Positions 46,346 to 54,945 of a stretch of 64,000 nucleotides of DNA are shown here, piece by piece. The translations under genes were made by a program, and so were the position numbers. Source of the DNA: Candidatus Micrarchaeota archaeon (GTDB lineage: Archaea; Micrarchaeota; Micrarchaeia; Micrarchaeales; CABMGC01). How positions within the stretch are numbered: the first letter of the stretch is position 1; the number at the start of each line of letters is the position of its first letter. The notes under the pieces are model-generated. The model did not search any database, was not told the origin of the DNA, and saw only the letters and a program-made list of their open reading frames with translations. Location: positions 2,806 to 66,805 of the forward strand of contig JAKASU010000003.1 in the NCBI GenBank assembly GCA_021818925.1. Direction: 5' to 3'.

Positions 46346-46431
46346 GCTGGGTTCGCCTAGTGGTAGGGCGGCAGCCTGCTAAGCTGTTTGGCTAGAAATG
46401 GCCTTCGCGAGTTCGATTCTCGCACCCAGCG
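46346..46431 (+). tRNA. tRNA-Ser(GCT), type II (long variable arm)
   Basis: Hand-folded. Acceptor GCTGGGT/ACCCAGC; D arm GCCT-AGTGGTA-GGGC; anticodon arm GCAGC-CTGCTAA-GCTGT. 19-nt variable arm; T arm GCGAG-TTCGATT-CTCGC; discriminator G. Confidence 0.9.
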
Positions 46432-46434
46432 TTT
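46419..46434 (+). repeat. direct repeat copy 1 (CTCGCACCCAGCGTTT): the 3' end of tRNA-Ser plus 3 nt
   Basis: Exact 16-mer, repeated at 47053-47068. Confidence 0.9.
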
Positions 46435-46632
46435 CCACTCGCTCTGCGACAACAGATTTGTTTTGTCGTCGTGCACAGAATCTAACTCGTGTCAGAATCC
46501 CACAATAATAGAATGCCTTATACGGTCTGACATAACATCAATGTATTTTAAGGGGAACCGCATAGCTACTAATGTGGTGAAATAAACACAAAAAAGAAAA
46601 ATCCTCCAAAACTTTTCACTGATGTAGACCTG

Positions 46633-46959
46633 ATGCAAACACTGGGATCTGATGGTATCAGGGCAATGTTCGATAAAAAAGCAATGCGAATTCTTGAGCA
46701 TGTCAATAATAACCGCGGTGTATTTGAAGATGACCTAAGTGGTTCGCTAGACAACATGAGTGAGGCTGTAGGACTTGAAGCAAAAGCAAAAGAACTTGAA
46801 AAAGCGGGAATCCTAAAATCTAGTGTTGCAAAAAAAGATGATGTTCGCCTAGTGTTTGGCACCCCGTTTAGGACTGTAGGTTCGTTTAAACTATATGAAA
46901 TCGAGGAAAACAAGAAAGAGTTTGTGGCAAAATTACTTGAACTTGAAAAAAAGAAATAA
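46633..46959 (+). CDS. hypothetical 108-aa protein in the AT-rich islet (possible winged helix)
   Basis: The only ORF with coding-like composition in the islet. A helix-turn-helix-like pattern (KKAMRILEHV...SEAVGLEAKAKELEKAGIL) and a Lys/Glu-rich tail. Confidence 0.45.
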   Translation: MQTLGSDGIRAMFDKKAMRILEHVNNNRGVFEDDLSGSLDNMSEAVGLEAKAKELEKAGILKSSVAKKDDVRLVFGTPFRTVGSFKLYEIEENKKEFVAKLLELEKKK

Positions 46960-47003
46960 TTAGGCTTCTAAGAAAAGGAACCGTATCCAAAGAAGGTCAA
47001 TAT

Positions 47004-47029
47004 CAAAGTATATTAAAGAACATACTTTG
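47004..47029. repeat. perfect 8-bp inverted repeat CAAAGTAT-N10-ATACTTTG
   Basis: Read directly. Lies 24 nt before repeat copy 2. Confidence 0.6.
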
Positions 47030-47052
47030 AGAATCGCCCCTTTGGTTTCATG

Positions 47053-47068
47053 CTCGCACCCAGCGTTT
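47053..47068 (+). repeat. direct repeat copy 2 (CTCGCACCCAGCGTTT)
   Basis: Exact match to 46419-46434. There is no tRNA body upstream of it. Confidence 0.9.
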
Positions 47069-47096
47069 TACTCAACCTGACAAAACTAAGACAATA

Positions 47097-47104
47097 TTTA
47101 TAAA
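47097..47104 (+). promoter_or_regulatory. TATA box (TTTATAAA) about 30 nt upstream of the 47132 ATG
   Basis: Lies immediately after repeat copy 2. Confidence 0.4.
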
Positions 47105-47131
47105 AGGGGAAAATAAACTCTGTTTGATTGT

Positions 47132-48139
47132 ATGGTTTTCAAGAGCGGTGAACGAAAGGAGCACGAGTTCCTGCTGACAAAATTGCGAGAGGAACCGGAG
47201 AGATTTGTGACCTTGAGCACGTTCCTTAAGGAGGAAGCGGACAAAAATCACGTAGGCGTTTCAGAACTGCTCGACAAACTGGCAAAAGAGTTTTCAAAGG
47301 AAAACAAGCAGGGCGGCGGGCCGCTTGGCAGCGTCGATCCACAGCAGTTCCTCGTCCGTGTGCACAACCTCAGAAACGACGGCTCGGCTCCAATCCAACT
47401 GGATGACGAAGCGTACGCGGAGCAGGCCGAACTGATTCTTAGCATAAAGAGGTCGGCAGGGAAGTACGCCATACAGCCCGAAACGTTGCTGAACAGGATA
47501 GAAAAGGAACTGTATTTCAAGGCGCTTCATCTTGGGCTTGAAGATGTGGAGGACTTCGACAGGTCGATGTCCTTCGGATCGCACGACGCGTTTCTGACAG
47601 CATCCGCAGGGCTAAGGGAAGCGTACAAGAGACTACTGAAGGCCGCAATCGTGAGCCTCGAAGCACTAAGCAGCGATCCTCTTTCGGCGCTTATGCACGA
47701 GAACAGGGATTCGCGCATCTCAAAAGAGATAGCCGGTGCCGTGCTGCACATAAACAAGAAGATGGAAGAGGCAAACGAACTCGGCTTTTCCTTTTCGTTA
47801 GCCGTGCAAAAAGCTGTGCTGATCAAGAAAGATGACGTGCTCGAGCCCACAGCAGCAAACGGGATGCGTTTCATCAAACTCCTTCCGGACGAGACCACCA
47901 TGTATTTCAATGGAGATTCAGACAGCAAGTTCTACGTCAGATTCGGAGATATAAGGGAGATGTCTGTTGTTGACGGGCAGGGCAGGAAGCAGAAGATATA
48001 CGATCAAGACACGTTCCTTCTTGTTATGAAAGAAGTGTGGCTGTCAAAAGGCGCATCTCCCTTCGTTTTAGCGCACATGCTTTCCGAGGAAAGAGAGAGG
48101 CTGAAAGAAGCCCCAGCAGGCTCCCTGTTCGGCGAATAG
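47132..48139 (+). CDS. hypothetical 335-aa protein (orphan)
   Basis: Long ORF with host-like composition. No motif or family recognised. Confidence 0.55.
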   Translation: MVFKSGERKEHEFLLTKLREEPERFVTLSTFLKEEADKNHVGVSELLDKLAKEFSKENKQGGGPLGSVDPQQFLVRVHNLRNDGSAPIQLDDEAYAEQAELILSIKRSAGKYAIQPETLLNRIEKELYFKALHLGLEDVEDFDRSMSFGSHDAFLTASAGLREAYKRLLKAAIVSLEALSSDPLSALMHENRDSRISKEIAGAVLHINKKMEEANELGFSFSLAVQKAVLIKKDDVLEPTAANGMRFIKLLPDETTMYFNGDSDSKFYVRFGDIREMSVVDGQGRKQKIYDQDTFLLVMKEVWLSKGASPFVLAHMLSEERERLKEAPAGSLFGE

Positions 48140-48141
48140 CA

Positions 48142-48630
48142 CTACTTCCACAGGGCAACTTTTCCGATCAGGAAATCGTAGTTTTCGCGCCTTCCCTTCT
48201 CTTTAGTTATCTCTCCAGCGTGCCTTTCGCACAGGTAGATGCTTTTGCCGTTCCTCAGCGTAATCAACATGTTCGCCAGCGCGTATGTGCCTTCATCGTG
48301 CATGCAGAAATCGCAGCACGTGTACGCCAGCACCACCTCCTGAGATTTCGTAGCTCCGGTTATGTCCTTGTTTATCTGCGGTATCGCCCCCTGCACCACG
48401 TATGCGTTGCCACACTCTTTGCATTCAGCTATGCCATACCACTCGAAGGGCATGCGTCCCCGGTATTCGAGCGCGAACTGCTTGCCGTTCAGGCTTGCGC
48501 TCACCTTAAGATCCGGGTTGCGGGCGTAGTAGGCATTCTGCTCCGTATCCTTGAGGCAAAAGGGGCAGCGCCTTATGACGAGCATAGTGCGCTGCAGTTC
48601 GAATGTCTTCTTCTCGGATACTGTCGCCAT
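48142..48630 (-). CDS. hypothetical 162-aa Cys-rich (multi zinc-knuckle) protein
   Basis: CPFC...CKEC...CCDFC...CERH spacing suggests two zinc sites. Convergent with the 335-aa ORF (2-nt gap). Confidence 0.5.
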   Translation of the reverse strand: MATVSEKKTFELQRTMLVIRRCPFCLKDTEQNAYYARNPDLKVSASLNGKQFALEYRGRMPFEWYGIAECKECGNAYVVQGAIPQINKDITGATKSQEVVLAYTCCDFCMHDEGTYALANMLITLRNGKSIYLCERHAGEITKEKGRRENYDFLIGKVALWK

Positions 48631-48685
48631 GCAAACACGCTTCCGCTAACCAGCTATACCTTTCTTGCAAAAGAAAAGTTAAAGC

Positions 48686-48979
48686 TTAAGCTGGGGCAGC
48701 CGCGTCTCCCGTAGGCTCGCCTATTGCGAACCTTGTCCTTACGTCGGTTACCTTCACTGTCAGCTTGTCCCCGGGCTTGGCGCCCTTGACGAAGATGACA
48801 AAACCGTCTTTCTTGGCTATGCCGTCTCCTCTAGATGCCTGGCCTTCTATGGTGACTTCCAGTACGTCTCCGACTTTCACCGGCTTTGGCAGGAAATAGT
48901 TAGGGTTCATTCCCCTTCTTTCTCCCCTATCTCCCCTGTCTCCTCTGCCGCGTCCTCCTTCTTCTTCTCCGTATGTCAT
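48686..48979 (-). CDS. TRAM-domain RNA-binding protein with an RG-rich N-terminus
   Basis: KPVKVGDVLEVTIEGQASRGDGIAKKDGFVIFVKGAKPGDKLTVKVTDVRTRFAIGE is a TRAM fold pattern. The N-terminus is EEGGRGRGDRGDRGERRG. Confidence 0.8.
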   Translation of the reverse strand: MTYGEEEGGRGRGDRGDRGERRGMNPNYFLPKPVKVGDVLEVTIEGQASRGDGIAKKDGFVIFVKGAKPGDKLTVKVTDVRTRFAIGEPTGDAAAPA

Positions 48980-49058
48980 TTCATTTCCTCCGCAGAATTA
49001 GTTTCCGCAGTGATTGTTATTTAGTTCGCACCTATATAAATCTATGTTTTTGTCGTCG

Positions 49059-49694
49059 TCAACTTGACTTTAGAGCTTTCAGGAGTGAGGTCAGCTTAGG
49101 GAAGAGTCTGTCGGGTTTCTCGTTCCTTAGAGACCTCAAAGAGCCTATGCCGTCGGCCACAGCGTATGCATCTATTCCAGCAAGCCTAGCCGCCATTATG
49201 TCTGTAGGGAGATCGCCGATGTATACGCTTCTCTTCTTGCTCGCCCCAAACCTGTCGATCAGAAGCAAAAGGCCCGTGGGATCGGGCTTGTAGGAGTCGA
49301 TCGACTCTGCTGCCAGGGCAAAATCCACCCTGCTGTCTATCCCAAGGTTCCGTATCTCCTTCAAGAGCCTGTAGGCCTTGGAGTCGCTGAATATCGCCAC
49401 CTTCTTGCCCTTGCTTCTTAGGAAATCAAGCGTGTCTGTGGCTCCGGGCTTGAGCTTCGGATTGAAAGCAAGCGCATAAGCGTCGTCCAAAAGCGAGTAG
49501 AGCTTGCTCGTCCGCTCCCTTATCACAATCCCCTCTGCGGAGAATTTCGACGACCGAGTGCTCCTTATCCGATCTGCGCCCCCGCGTCTTCCATACCTCC
49601 TCAGCATGTCCAGAATGGTAACGACCAAAGTCGATGTGGTCAGCGTGTGGTCCCAATCGAAGATGAACAGGTCGTACTTTGATAGAGGCCGCAT
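49059..49694 (-). CDS. HAD-superfamily hydrolase
   Basis: Motif I FDWDHT, motif IV-like YIGDLPTDI. The M at 49694 is preferred over 49739. Confidence 0.8.
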   Translation of the reverse strand: MRPLSKYDLFIFDWDHTLTTSTLVVTILDMLRRYGRRGGADRIRSTRSSKFSAEGIVIRERTSKLYSLLDDAYALAFNPKLKPGATDTLDFLRSKGKKVAIFSDSKAYRLLKEIRNLGIDSRVDFALAAESIDSYKPDPTGLLLLIDRFGASKKRSVYIGDLPTDIMAARLAGIDAYAVADGIGSLRSLRNEKPDRLFPKLTSLLKALKSS

Positions 49695-49799
49695 AGGGTT
49701 ATAATCCTGTTTAACGAATAAAAGGATATGTGATGACAAAGGTGATCGCTGAGCTTCGGCGATGACGAGAGATAGGCGGTCTGATACTTTGGTGTTCGC

Positions 49800-50672
49800 G
49801 TGCAGGTTGGGGGAAGCGGTGTGCTCAAAAAGCTCGGAAAGAGCTCGATCCTAGTGACCGATATCGCTAACCAGTTCTGGTGCGAGCGGCAGATGGAGTG
49901 TAACTACCTGTACGGAAAGAAGTACACGAAGTACATGGCGCAGGGCAAGCAGCTGCACGAGGCCCTGCAGGACGAGGTCTACGTGCCGCTCACCATAGAG
50001 CCCGTCAACTTCGAGGACTTCATGTACAAGACCGCTTACGAGAACTACCGCTCGCTGCTCTCGCTTAAAGAGAAGGGCATCTGCAGAGAGTTGCGCGTAT
50101 ACGGCTCGCTCAACGGCTACCGTCTTTCTGGCCAGATAGACGAGATGAAGATCGTTGGCGGAAAGGTGAGGGTGATAGAGAGGAAGAGCACCGACGCGAA
50201 CCGCAAGCTAACAGAGGTGTATACACGCCCGCACGTGATGCAGGTTAGGCTCTACAGGAAGATGCTCGGCGACATAAAGGCTAGGAATTACTCTCACGAG
50301 AACTTCGTCAAGACGTACGGGCTCAAGAAAGACGGCCTTTCAGAAACCTTCAAGCGCGAGCTCCAGGCAATGGGCATAAAGGACGAACTCTCGAACCCGC
50401 ATTCTATGTCGGAGCTGATGTTCAAGGAGCTCTACTCGATGCCTGAACTGAGCGACACGCTTGAGGTTGCTTATGTTGACAGGTTCAGCGGAAAGCAGAT
50501 AAGCAGCATGGAGATAGATTACAACGAGGAGAAGATGGGCAGCGACATCGCTTACGTGCTGAAGTTCTGGAACGGAGAGCGCGAGTCGGCGCCTGTCGTC
50601 GAGGCTGAGAAGTGGAAATGTAACTTCTGCAAGTTCTTCGGCAAGGAGTGCAAGGTCTGGTGGACTGGTTAG
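49800..50672 (+). CDS. Cas4/RecB-like PD-(D/E)xK nuclease with a 4-Cys cluster (stand-alone, no CRISPR context)
   Basis: N-terminal Cys (QFWCERQ), GQIDEM...VIERK (D...ExK), QVRLY (QxxxY) and C-terminal CNFCKFFGKEC. GTG start. The stop abuts the alaS ATG. Confidence 0.7.
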   Translation: MQVGGSGVLKKLGKSSILVTDIANQFWCERQMECNYLYGKKYTKYMAQGKQLHEALQDEVYVPLTIEPVNFEDFMYKTAYENYRSLLSLKEKGICRELRVYGSLNGYRLSGQIDEMKIVGGKVRVIERKSTDANRKLTEVYTRPHVMQVRLYRKMLGDIKARNYSHENFVKTYGLKKDGLSETFKRELQAMGIKDELSNPHSMSELMFKELYSMPELSDTLEVAYVDRFSGKQISSMEIDYNEEKMGSDIAYVLKFWNGERESAPVVEAEKWKCNFCKFFGKECKVWWTG

Positions 50673-53357
50673 ATGTTGAACGTTGGCGATCGCAAACTTA
50701 GCAAAAGCGTGCTCATCGAGGAGTTTGGCAAGCGACCGAACGAGTACTATTCGACAAAGACTTTCGAGGAGAAGGGATTCAAGAGGCAGAAGTGCGCAAA
50801 GTGCGGCAAGTGGTTCTGGGCCATACCCGAGACCAACGACTGCGGGGACGCTGCGCACACACCATACTCGTTCTTCAAGGAAAAGCCCGAGTCGATAAGC
50901 TACACCGATTTCTGGAACAAGTTCTCCGGATTCTTCAAGAGGAACAAGCACGCGGTGGTCAAGAGGTACCCTGTAGTGAGCAGATGGCGTCAGGACCTCT
51001 ACTTCACGATAGCGGGCATACAGGACTTCCAGAGAATAGAGAACGGGCAGATGAACTTCGAATACAGCGTGAACCCGCTCCTCGTGCCGCAGCCGTGCCT
51101 AAGATTCAAGGACATAGAGAACGTGGGCGTTACGGGCAGGCACTTCACCACATTCGTCATGGCCAACCAGACATCGTTCAACTACCCCAAGGAGGGCTAC
51201 TGGCGCGACAAGACCATCGAGCTCAACTTCAGCTTCCTGACGAAGGTCATGGGCATAGAACCAGAGGAGATTAGGTACCAGGAGGACGTGTGGGCAATGC
51301 CAGATTTCTCTGAGTTCGGCCCGAGTCTCGAGTTCTTCTCTAAGGGTGCGGAGCTCGGCAACAACGTGTTCACGCAGTTCGAGCTTGCCGGGGGCAAGAT
51401 ACGCGAACTCGCTGGCAAGGTCGTGGACACCGGGTGGGGCTTCGAGCGCAACTTCTGGTTCTACACAGGCATGAGCACCGCCTACGAGGCGGTATTCAGC
51501 AGCACGCTGTCAAAGATAGAGAACGAGCTGAACATAGAGTTCGACACCCGTTTCTACTCGAAGTTCGCAAAGTACGCCGGCACGCTCAACATGGAGGAGG
51601 TGCGCGACATAGCCGAGGCGGAGAAGCGAGTTCTCAAAGAGGCGAAGATAACCGTACATGACTATGAGAAGAAGATCAAGCCGATGCAGGCCGTGTACGC
51701 GCTGCTCGACCACACAAGAACGCTGCTGTTCGCGATAAATGACGGATCGCTCCCCTCGAACGTGGGTGGAGGCTACAACCTCAGGATACTCCTCAGGCGC
51801 GCGTTCGACTTCATAGACGAGTACGGCTTCAGGGTGGACATGAGTACCCTGGCGGAGCTTATAGCCACGGAACTGAAGCCGATGTATCCAGAGCTCTCGA
51901 CCAAGCACGACATCTTCGAGAAGGTGGTGCAGGTGGAGCGCGACAGATACGAGCACGCAAGGGAGGGCGCCAGGAAGGCTGTCGAATCGCTGCTCCAGAA
52001 AGGGAGCAAGATAGACCTGCAGCAGATGCGTACGCTGTACGAGAGCCAGGGCGCTACCCCGGAACTGATAGCAAAGGTCGCGGCAAGCAGGAAGGTGAAG
52101 GTCGAACTTCCGGAAGGCGCGTACACAGAGATCGTAAAGGGCGACATGGCAAGAAAGGAGAAGGAGGCAGACAGGAGCGTGGCGCTGCCCAGAAACCTGC
52201 AACCAACAAAGAAACTCTACTATGATTTTGCAACAAGGTCGAGGTCGAAGGTAATCTTCGCAAAGGGCAACTTCTTCGTGCTCGATAAGACACCGTTCTA
52301 CCCCGAGGGTGGAGGCCAGGTCGCCGACACAGGCACCGTTGACGGAAAGAGAATAGCGGACGTGCAGAAGATAGGCGATGTGATCGTGCACTTCACGGAG
52401 AAGAGCAGCGGGCTCAAGAAGGGCGAGATAGTTGACGCTGCGGTTGACGAGCAGCGCAGGAACGCGATAATAGCGCACCACACCGCAACACATCTCATAA
52501 GCGCAGCGGCGAGAAAGGTCCTGGGCGAACACGCGTGGCAGGAAGGCGCGAAGAAGGAGGCGCACAAGGCACACATAGACATAGCACACTACGACAAGCT
52601 CTCGGAGCAGGACGTCAAGGCGATAGAGACGATGGTGAACGCCTGGCTCTTCAACGGGATAAAGGTGCACGTGCAGGAGATGACGAGGGGCGAGGCCGAG
52701 TCGAAGTACGGATTCTCTATCTACCAGGGTCACGGCGTGCCGGCGAGCAGGATGAGGATAGTTACGATAAAGGACAGGGGCGGCAACCTTATAGACGCAG
52801 AGGCGTGCGGAGGCATACACGCGGTGGGCAGGGAGAACCTTCTAGGCATAGTCAGCATAATCGGCACAGCAAGAATACACGATGGCATAGACAGGATAGA
52901 GTTCGTAGCGGGCCCGGCCGCGCTCGAGAGGTTCGAGACAATGCACCAGCAGCTAAGCTCGCTGGCGAAGACATTCAACGTCGATCCGTTGCTCGTGTCG
53001 AAGAAGATAGAGGAACAGCAGGATGAGCTTAGGGCGCTCCACAAGAACACAGAGAAGAGCAACGAGCTGCTGGCCACAAGCATAGCAGAATCGATTCCAG
53101 ACTCTGAGACGATAGAGCGCGAACTCGAGGTGGACAGGAAGATGATGATAAAGATCGCAGACCTTCTGGTGAAGAGGAACGGCGACTGCGTCGTGGTGCT
53201 TAGGAACAGGGACGGAATCGTGATCTGCATGTCAGGTCCCGCGTCAGAGAGGAGCGCCGACGAGGTTCTGAGGTCAAAGCTAAAGGGAGTGAGGTTCCAA
53301 GGCGGCGGCTCAAAGAGGTTTGCGGAGGCGAAGATAACCGAGAAGGAGGAGCGCTGA
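50673..53357 (+). CDS. alaS: alanine--tRNA ligase
   Basis: Archaeal N-terminal zinc motif CAKCGKWFW, editing-domain HHTATH...CGGIH, and a C-terminal DHHA1-like domain. Confidence 0.95.
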   Translation: MLNVGDRKLSKSVLIEEFGKRPNEYYSTKTFEEKGFKRQKCAKCGKWFWAIPETNDCGDAAHTPYSFFKEKPESISYTDFWNKFSGFFKRNKHAVVKRYPVVSRWRQDLYFTIAGIQDFQRIENGQMNFEYSVNPLLVPQPCLRFKDIENVGVTGRHFTTFVMANQTSFNYPKEGYWRDKTIELNFSFLTKVMGIEPEEIRYQEDVWAMPDFSEFGPSLEFFSKGAELGNNVFTQFELAGGKIRELAGKVVDTGWGFERNFWFYTGMSTAYEAVFSSTLSKIENELNIEFDTRFYSKFAKYAGTLNMEEVRDIAEAEKRVLKEAKITVHDYEKKIKPMQAVYALLDHTRTLLFAINDGSLPSNVGGGYNLRILLRRAFDFIDEYGFRVDMSTLAELIATELKPMYPELSTKHDIFEKVVQVERDRYEHAREGARKAVESLLQKGSKIDLQQMRTLYESQGATPELIAKVAASRKVKVELPEGAYTEIVKGDMARKEKEADRSVALPRNLQPTKKLYYDFATRSRSKVIFAKGNFFVLDKTPFYPEGGGQVADTGTVDGKRIADVQKIGDVIVHFTEKSSGLKKGEIVDAAVDEQRRNAIIAHHTATHLISAAARKVLGEHAWQEGAKKEAHKAHIDIAHYDKLSEQDVKAIETMVNAWLFNGIKVHVQEMTRGEAESKYGFSIYQGHGVPASRMRIVTIKDRGGNLIDAEACGGIHAVGRENLLGIVSIIGTARIHDGIDRIEFVAGPAALERFETMHQQLSSLAKTFNVDPLLVSKKIEEQQDELRALHKNTEKSNELLATSIAESIPDSETIERELEVDRKMMIKIADLLVKRNGDCVVVLRNRDGIVICMSGPASERSADEVLRSKLKGVRFQGGGSKRFAEAKITEKEER

Positions 53358-53848
53358 TGGCAATAGCTGACCTGCTGTATGGTTTCCTCATCTACCCCGT
53401 GATCTTCATACTGCCTGCATGGATCGCGAACGGCACGCCAGTTATCTTCGGCGGCGGGAAGCCGCTCGACATGGGCAGGCACATCTTCGGCAACCACAAG
53501 ACCTGGCGCGGCACGACCTCCGGGCTGATCGGCGGTTTCATAATAGCATCGCTCGAGTACGTGTTCTTCTCCCAGCCATTGATGCTGGGCTTTGCAATCA
53601 CCGTAGGCGCGATAGTGGGGGATCTCGCCGGCAGCTTTCTCAAGCGCAGGGCGCACGTCAAGGAAGGCGTGAATGTGCCAATCCTAGACCAGTACTCGTT
53701 CTTCGTTGTCGCGATACTTTTCTCGCTGCCCTATGGCGGGCTGCCCGGACTGGTCGGGCTTGCGGTGATTGTTGTCCTGACCGGCGTGCTCCACAGGGGC
53801 ACGAACATCATGGCTCACAGGGCCAGGATAAAGAAGGTTCCCTGGTAG
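53357..53848 (+). CDS. carS: CDP-archaeol synthase
   Basis: PAWIANGTPVIFGGGKPLD, KTWRGT and GDLAGSFLKRR motifs (DUF46/CarS). The ATG overlaps the alaS stop. Confidence 0.85.
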   Translation: MAIADLLYGFLIYPVIFILPAWIANGTPVIFGGGKPLDMGRHIFGNHKTWRGTTSGLIGGFIIASLEYVFFSQPLMLGFAITVGAIVGDLAGSFLKRRAHVKEGVNVPILDQYSFFVVAILFSLPYGGLPGLVGLAVIVVLTGVLHRGTNIMAHRARIKKVPW

Positions 53849-54397
53849 CTAAGAACCGACCAGCGCTTCCTGCATAGCCTTCCTCTCCTCTTCTGAGAAT
53901 ACCTTTTCGCTGGCCAGTCTCTTGTCCCTGAGCGTGAAATCCAGCACAGCGCGCCTTTTTTCCAGGTCCTTCGCCATGGTCCTGGCAAGGATCCTCGCGG
54001 CGCTGCTCTCCTTCAGCTCCCTCTCTGCGTCAGCCATCCATGACTCGCACACCTTGCTGTAGTCGCTGAGCATGACTATCTGCCTCAGCTCGAGCAGGAA
54101 CCTCTGCAGCTCCTCTATTCTCGCGAGGTTCTCGCGTCCCACCTTCGCATGCTCTATGTACTCTCCGAACTGCTTCTCTATGTTCTTGTGCTCCTTTACA
54201 ATTTGCGAAAGCAGGAAGGCATCGCGCTCCTGGCCGCTTGAGCTTTCGTCAAACGTGGGAAGTCGACCCTCGAGCGATATCCTCTTCTTCTCGAGCTGCT
54301 CGTGCATCACAGAGACTGCCTGCGAGAGAAGCTCGTCGCGCATCTTAGAAATTATGCCGTCACAGACCATCCAGGCCGGCATCTCTCCATCTGGCAT
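53849..54397 (-). CDS. hypothetical 182-aa coiled-coil protein
   Basis: Heptad-rich charged sequence. No family recognised. Confidence 0.5.
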   Translation of the reverse strand: MPDGEMPAWMVCDGIISKMRDELLSQAVSVMHEQLEKKRISLEGRLPTFDESSSGQERDAFLLSQIVKEHKNIEKQFGEYIEHAKVGRENLARIEELQRFLLELRQIVMLSDYSKVCESWMADAERELKESSAARILARTMAKDLEKRRAVLDFTLRDKRLASEKVFSEEERKAMQEALVGS

Positions 54398-54430
54398 CTT
54401 CTCTAGACTTCGTTTAGTGTCGTAGTAAGC

Positions 54431-54438
54431 TATATAAA
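54431..54438 (-). promoter_or_regulatory. TATA box (TTTATATA on the minus strand) about 37 nt upstream of the 54397 ATG
   Basis: Read directly. Confidence 0.4.
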
Positions 54439-54464
54439 CCTTATTAGACTTAATTATCCTTCAC

Positions 54465-54511
54465 GTGTTAAGGTGCCTTTTATTTTATCCCCACCCACCA
54501 CACCTTAACAC
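54465..54511. repeat. perfect 11-bp inverted repeat GTGTTAAGGTG-N25-CACCTTAACAC
   Basis: Read directly. Lies between the stop of the 54532 gene and the TATA box of the 53849 gene. Confidence 0.7.
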
Positions 54512-54531
54512 CTTTTCCTTTTTAACCAAAA

Positions 54532-54909
54532 TCAGGGCATAGCCAGTAGTTCTTTCCTCATATCCCTGGTGCTTATGGCCCTCCTCCTGACAGACTTCAT
54601 AAGCAGCCCCTGGATTTTCCCGGTCAACCCTTCGATGCTGAGAGTATCACCATCGTAATCCAACAGCAGCGTACTCTGCTTGCGTTGCGATTCGTCGTTT
54701 GAGAAGATTAGCCAGATAGGGCTTACGTTTCCTACAGCCTCCAGGTCTCTTCTTATGGTAAGCAGCCCCTTGATCGCGTCAATCTCCCTTCTAACAAGGA
54801 AAGTATCGATTGCGGCTTTCTTGGTTCCGCCTTCCAGGTACATGCGAAGTAGCGTGTCACGGTTCTCCGACGTCCGATCACTGGTTTTGGGAGTAAATGA
54901 AAAAGGCAT
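54532..54909 (-). CDS. hypothetical 125-aa protein
   Basis: ORF only. No family recognised. Confidence 0.45.
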   Translation of the reverse strand: MPFSFTPKTSDRTSENRDTLLRMYLEGGTKKAAIDTFLVRREIDAIKGLLTIRRDLEAVGNVSPIWLIFSNDESQRKQSTLLLDYDGDTLSIEGLTGKIQGLLMKSVRRRAISTRDMRKELLAMP

Positions 54910-54945
54910 ATTTATACGCGTAGCGTCCTGTATTGACAGTTGCCG

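Larger units (their letters stand above)
46435..47052. mobile_element. putative remnant of a tRNA-Ser-targeting integrated element (AT-rich islet with no integrase)
   Basis: Bracketed by the 16-nt tRNA-3'-end duplication. Spot counts on 60-nt lines gave 30-43% G+C inside versus about 55-67% in the flanking genes. Confidence 0.4.

Noticed and set aside
46447-46468. The hairpin CGACAA-N10-TTGTCG just downstream of tRNA-Ser.
   Set aside because: The 6-bp stem is short and could be chance in AT-rich DNA. It is not reported as a feature.
48122-48139. The C-terminus …APAGSLFGE of the 335-aa orphan as a second P-stalk-like tail.
   Set aside because: It shares only LFG, has an extra terminal Glu, and lacks the acidic linker and the GLGxxFG spacing. 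It is too weak to claim.
51510-52820. A 436-aa antisense ORF inside alaS. Similar long antisense ORFs lie at 25575-26444, 15924-16838, 43345-44106, 52730-53656, 58382-59134, 60680-61264 and 63228-63974.
   Set aside because: All lie opposite strongly supported conserved genes. They have Arg/Leu/His/Val-rich shadow-frame composition typical of G+C-rich antisense frames, and no motifs.
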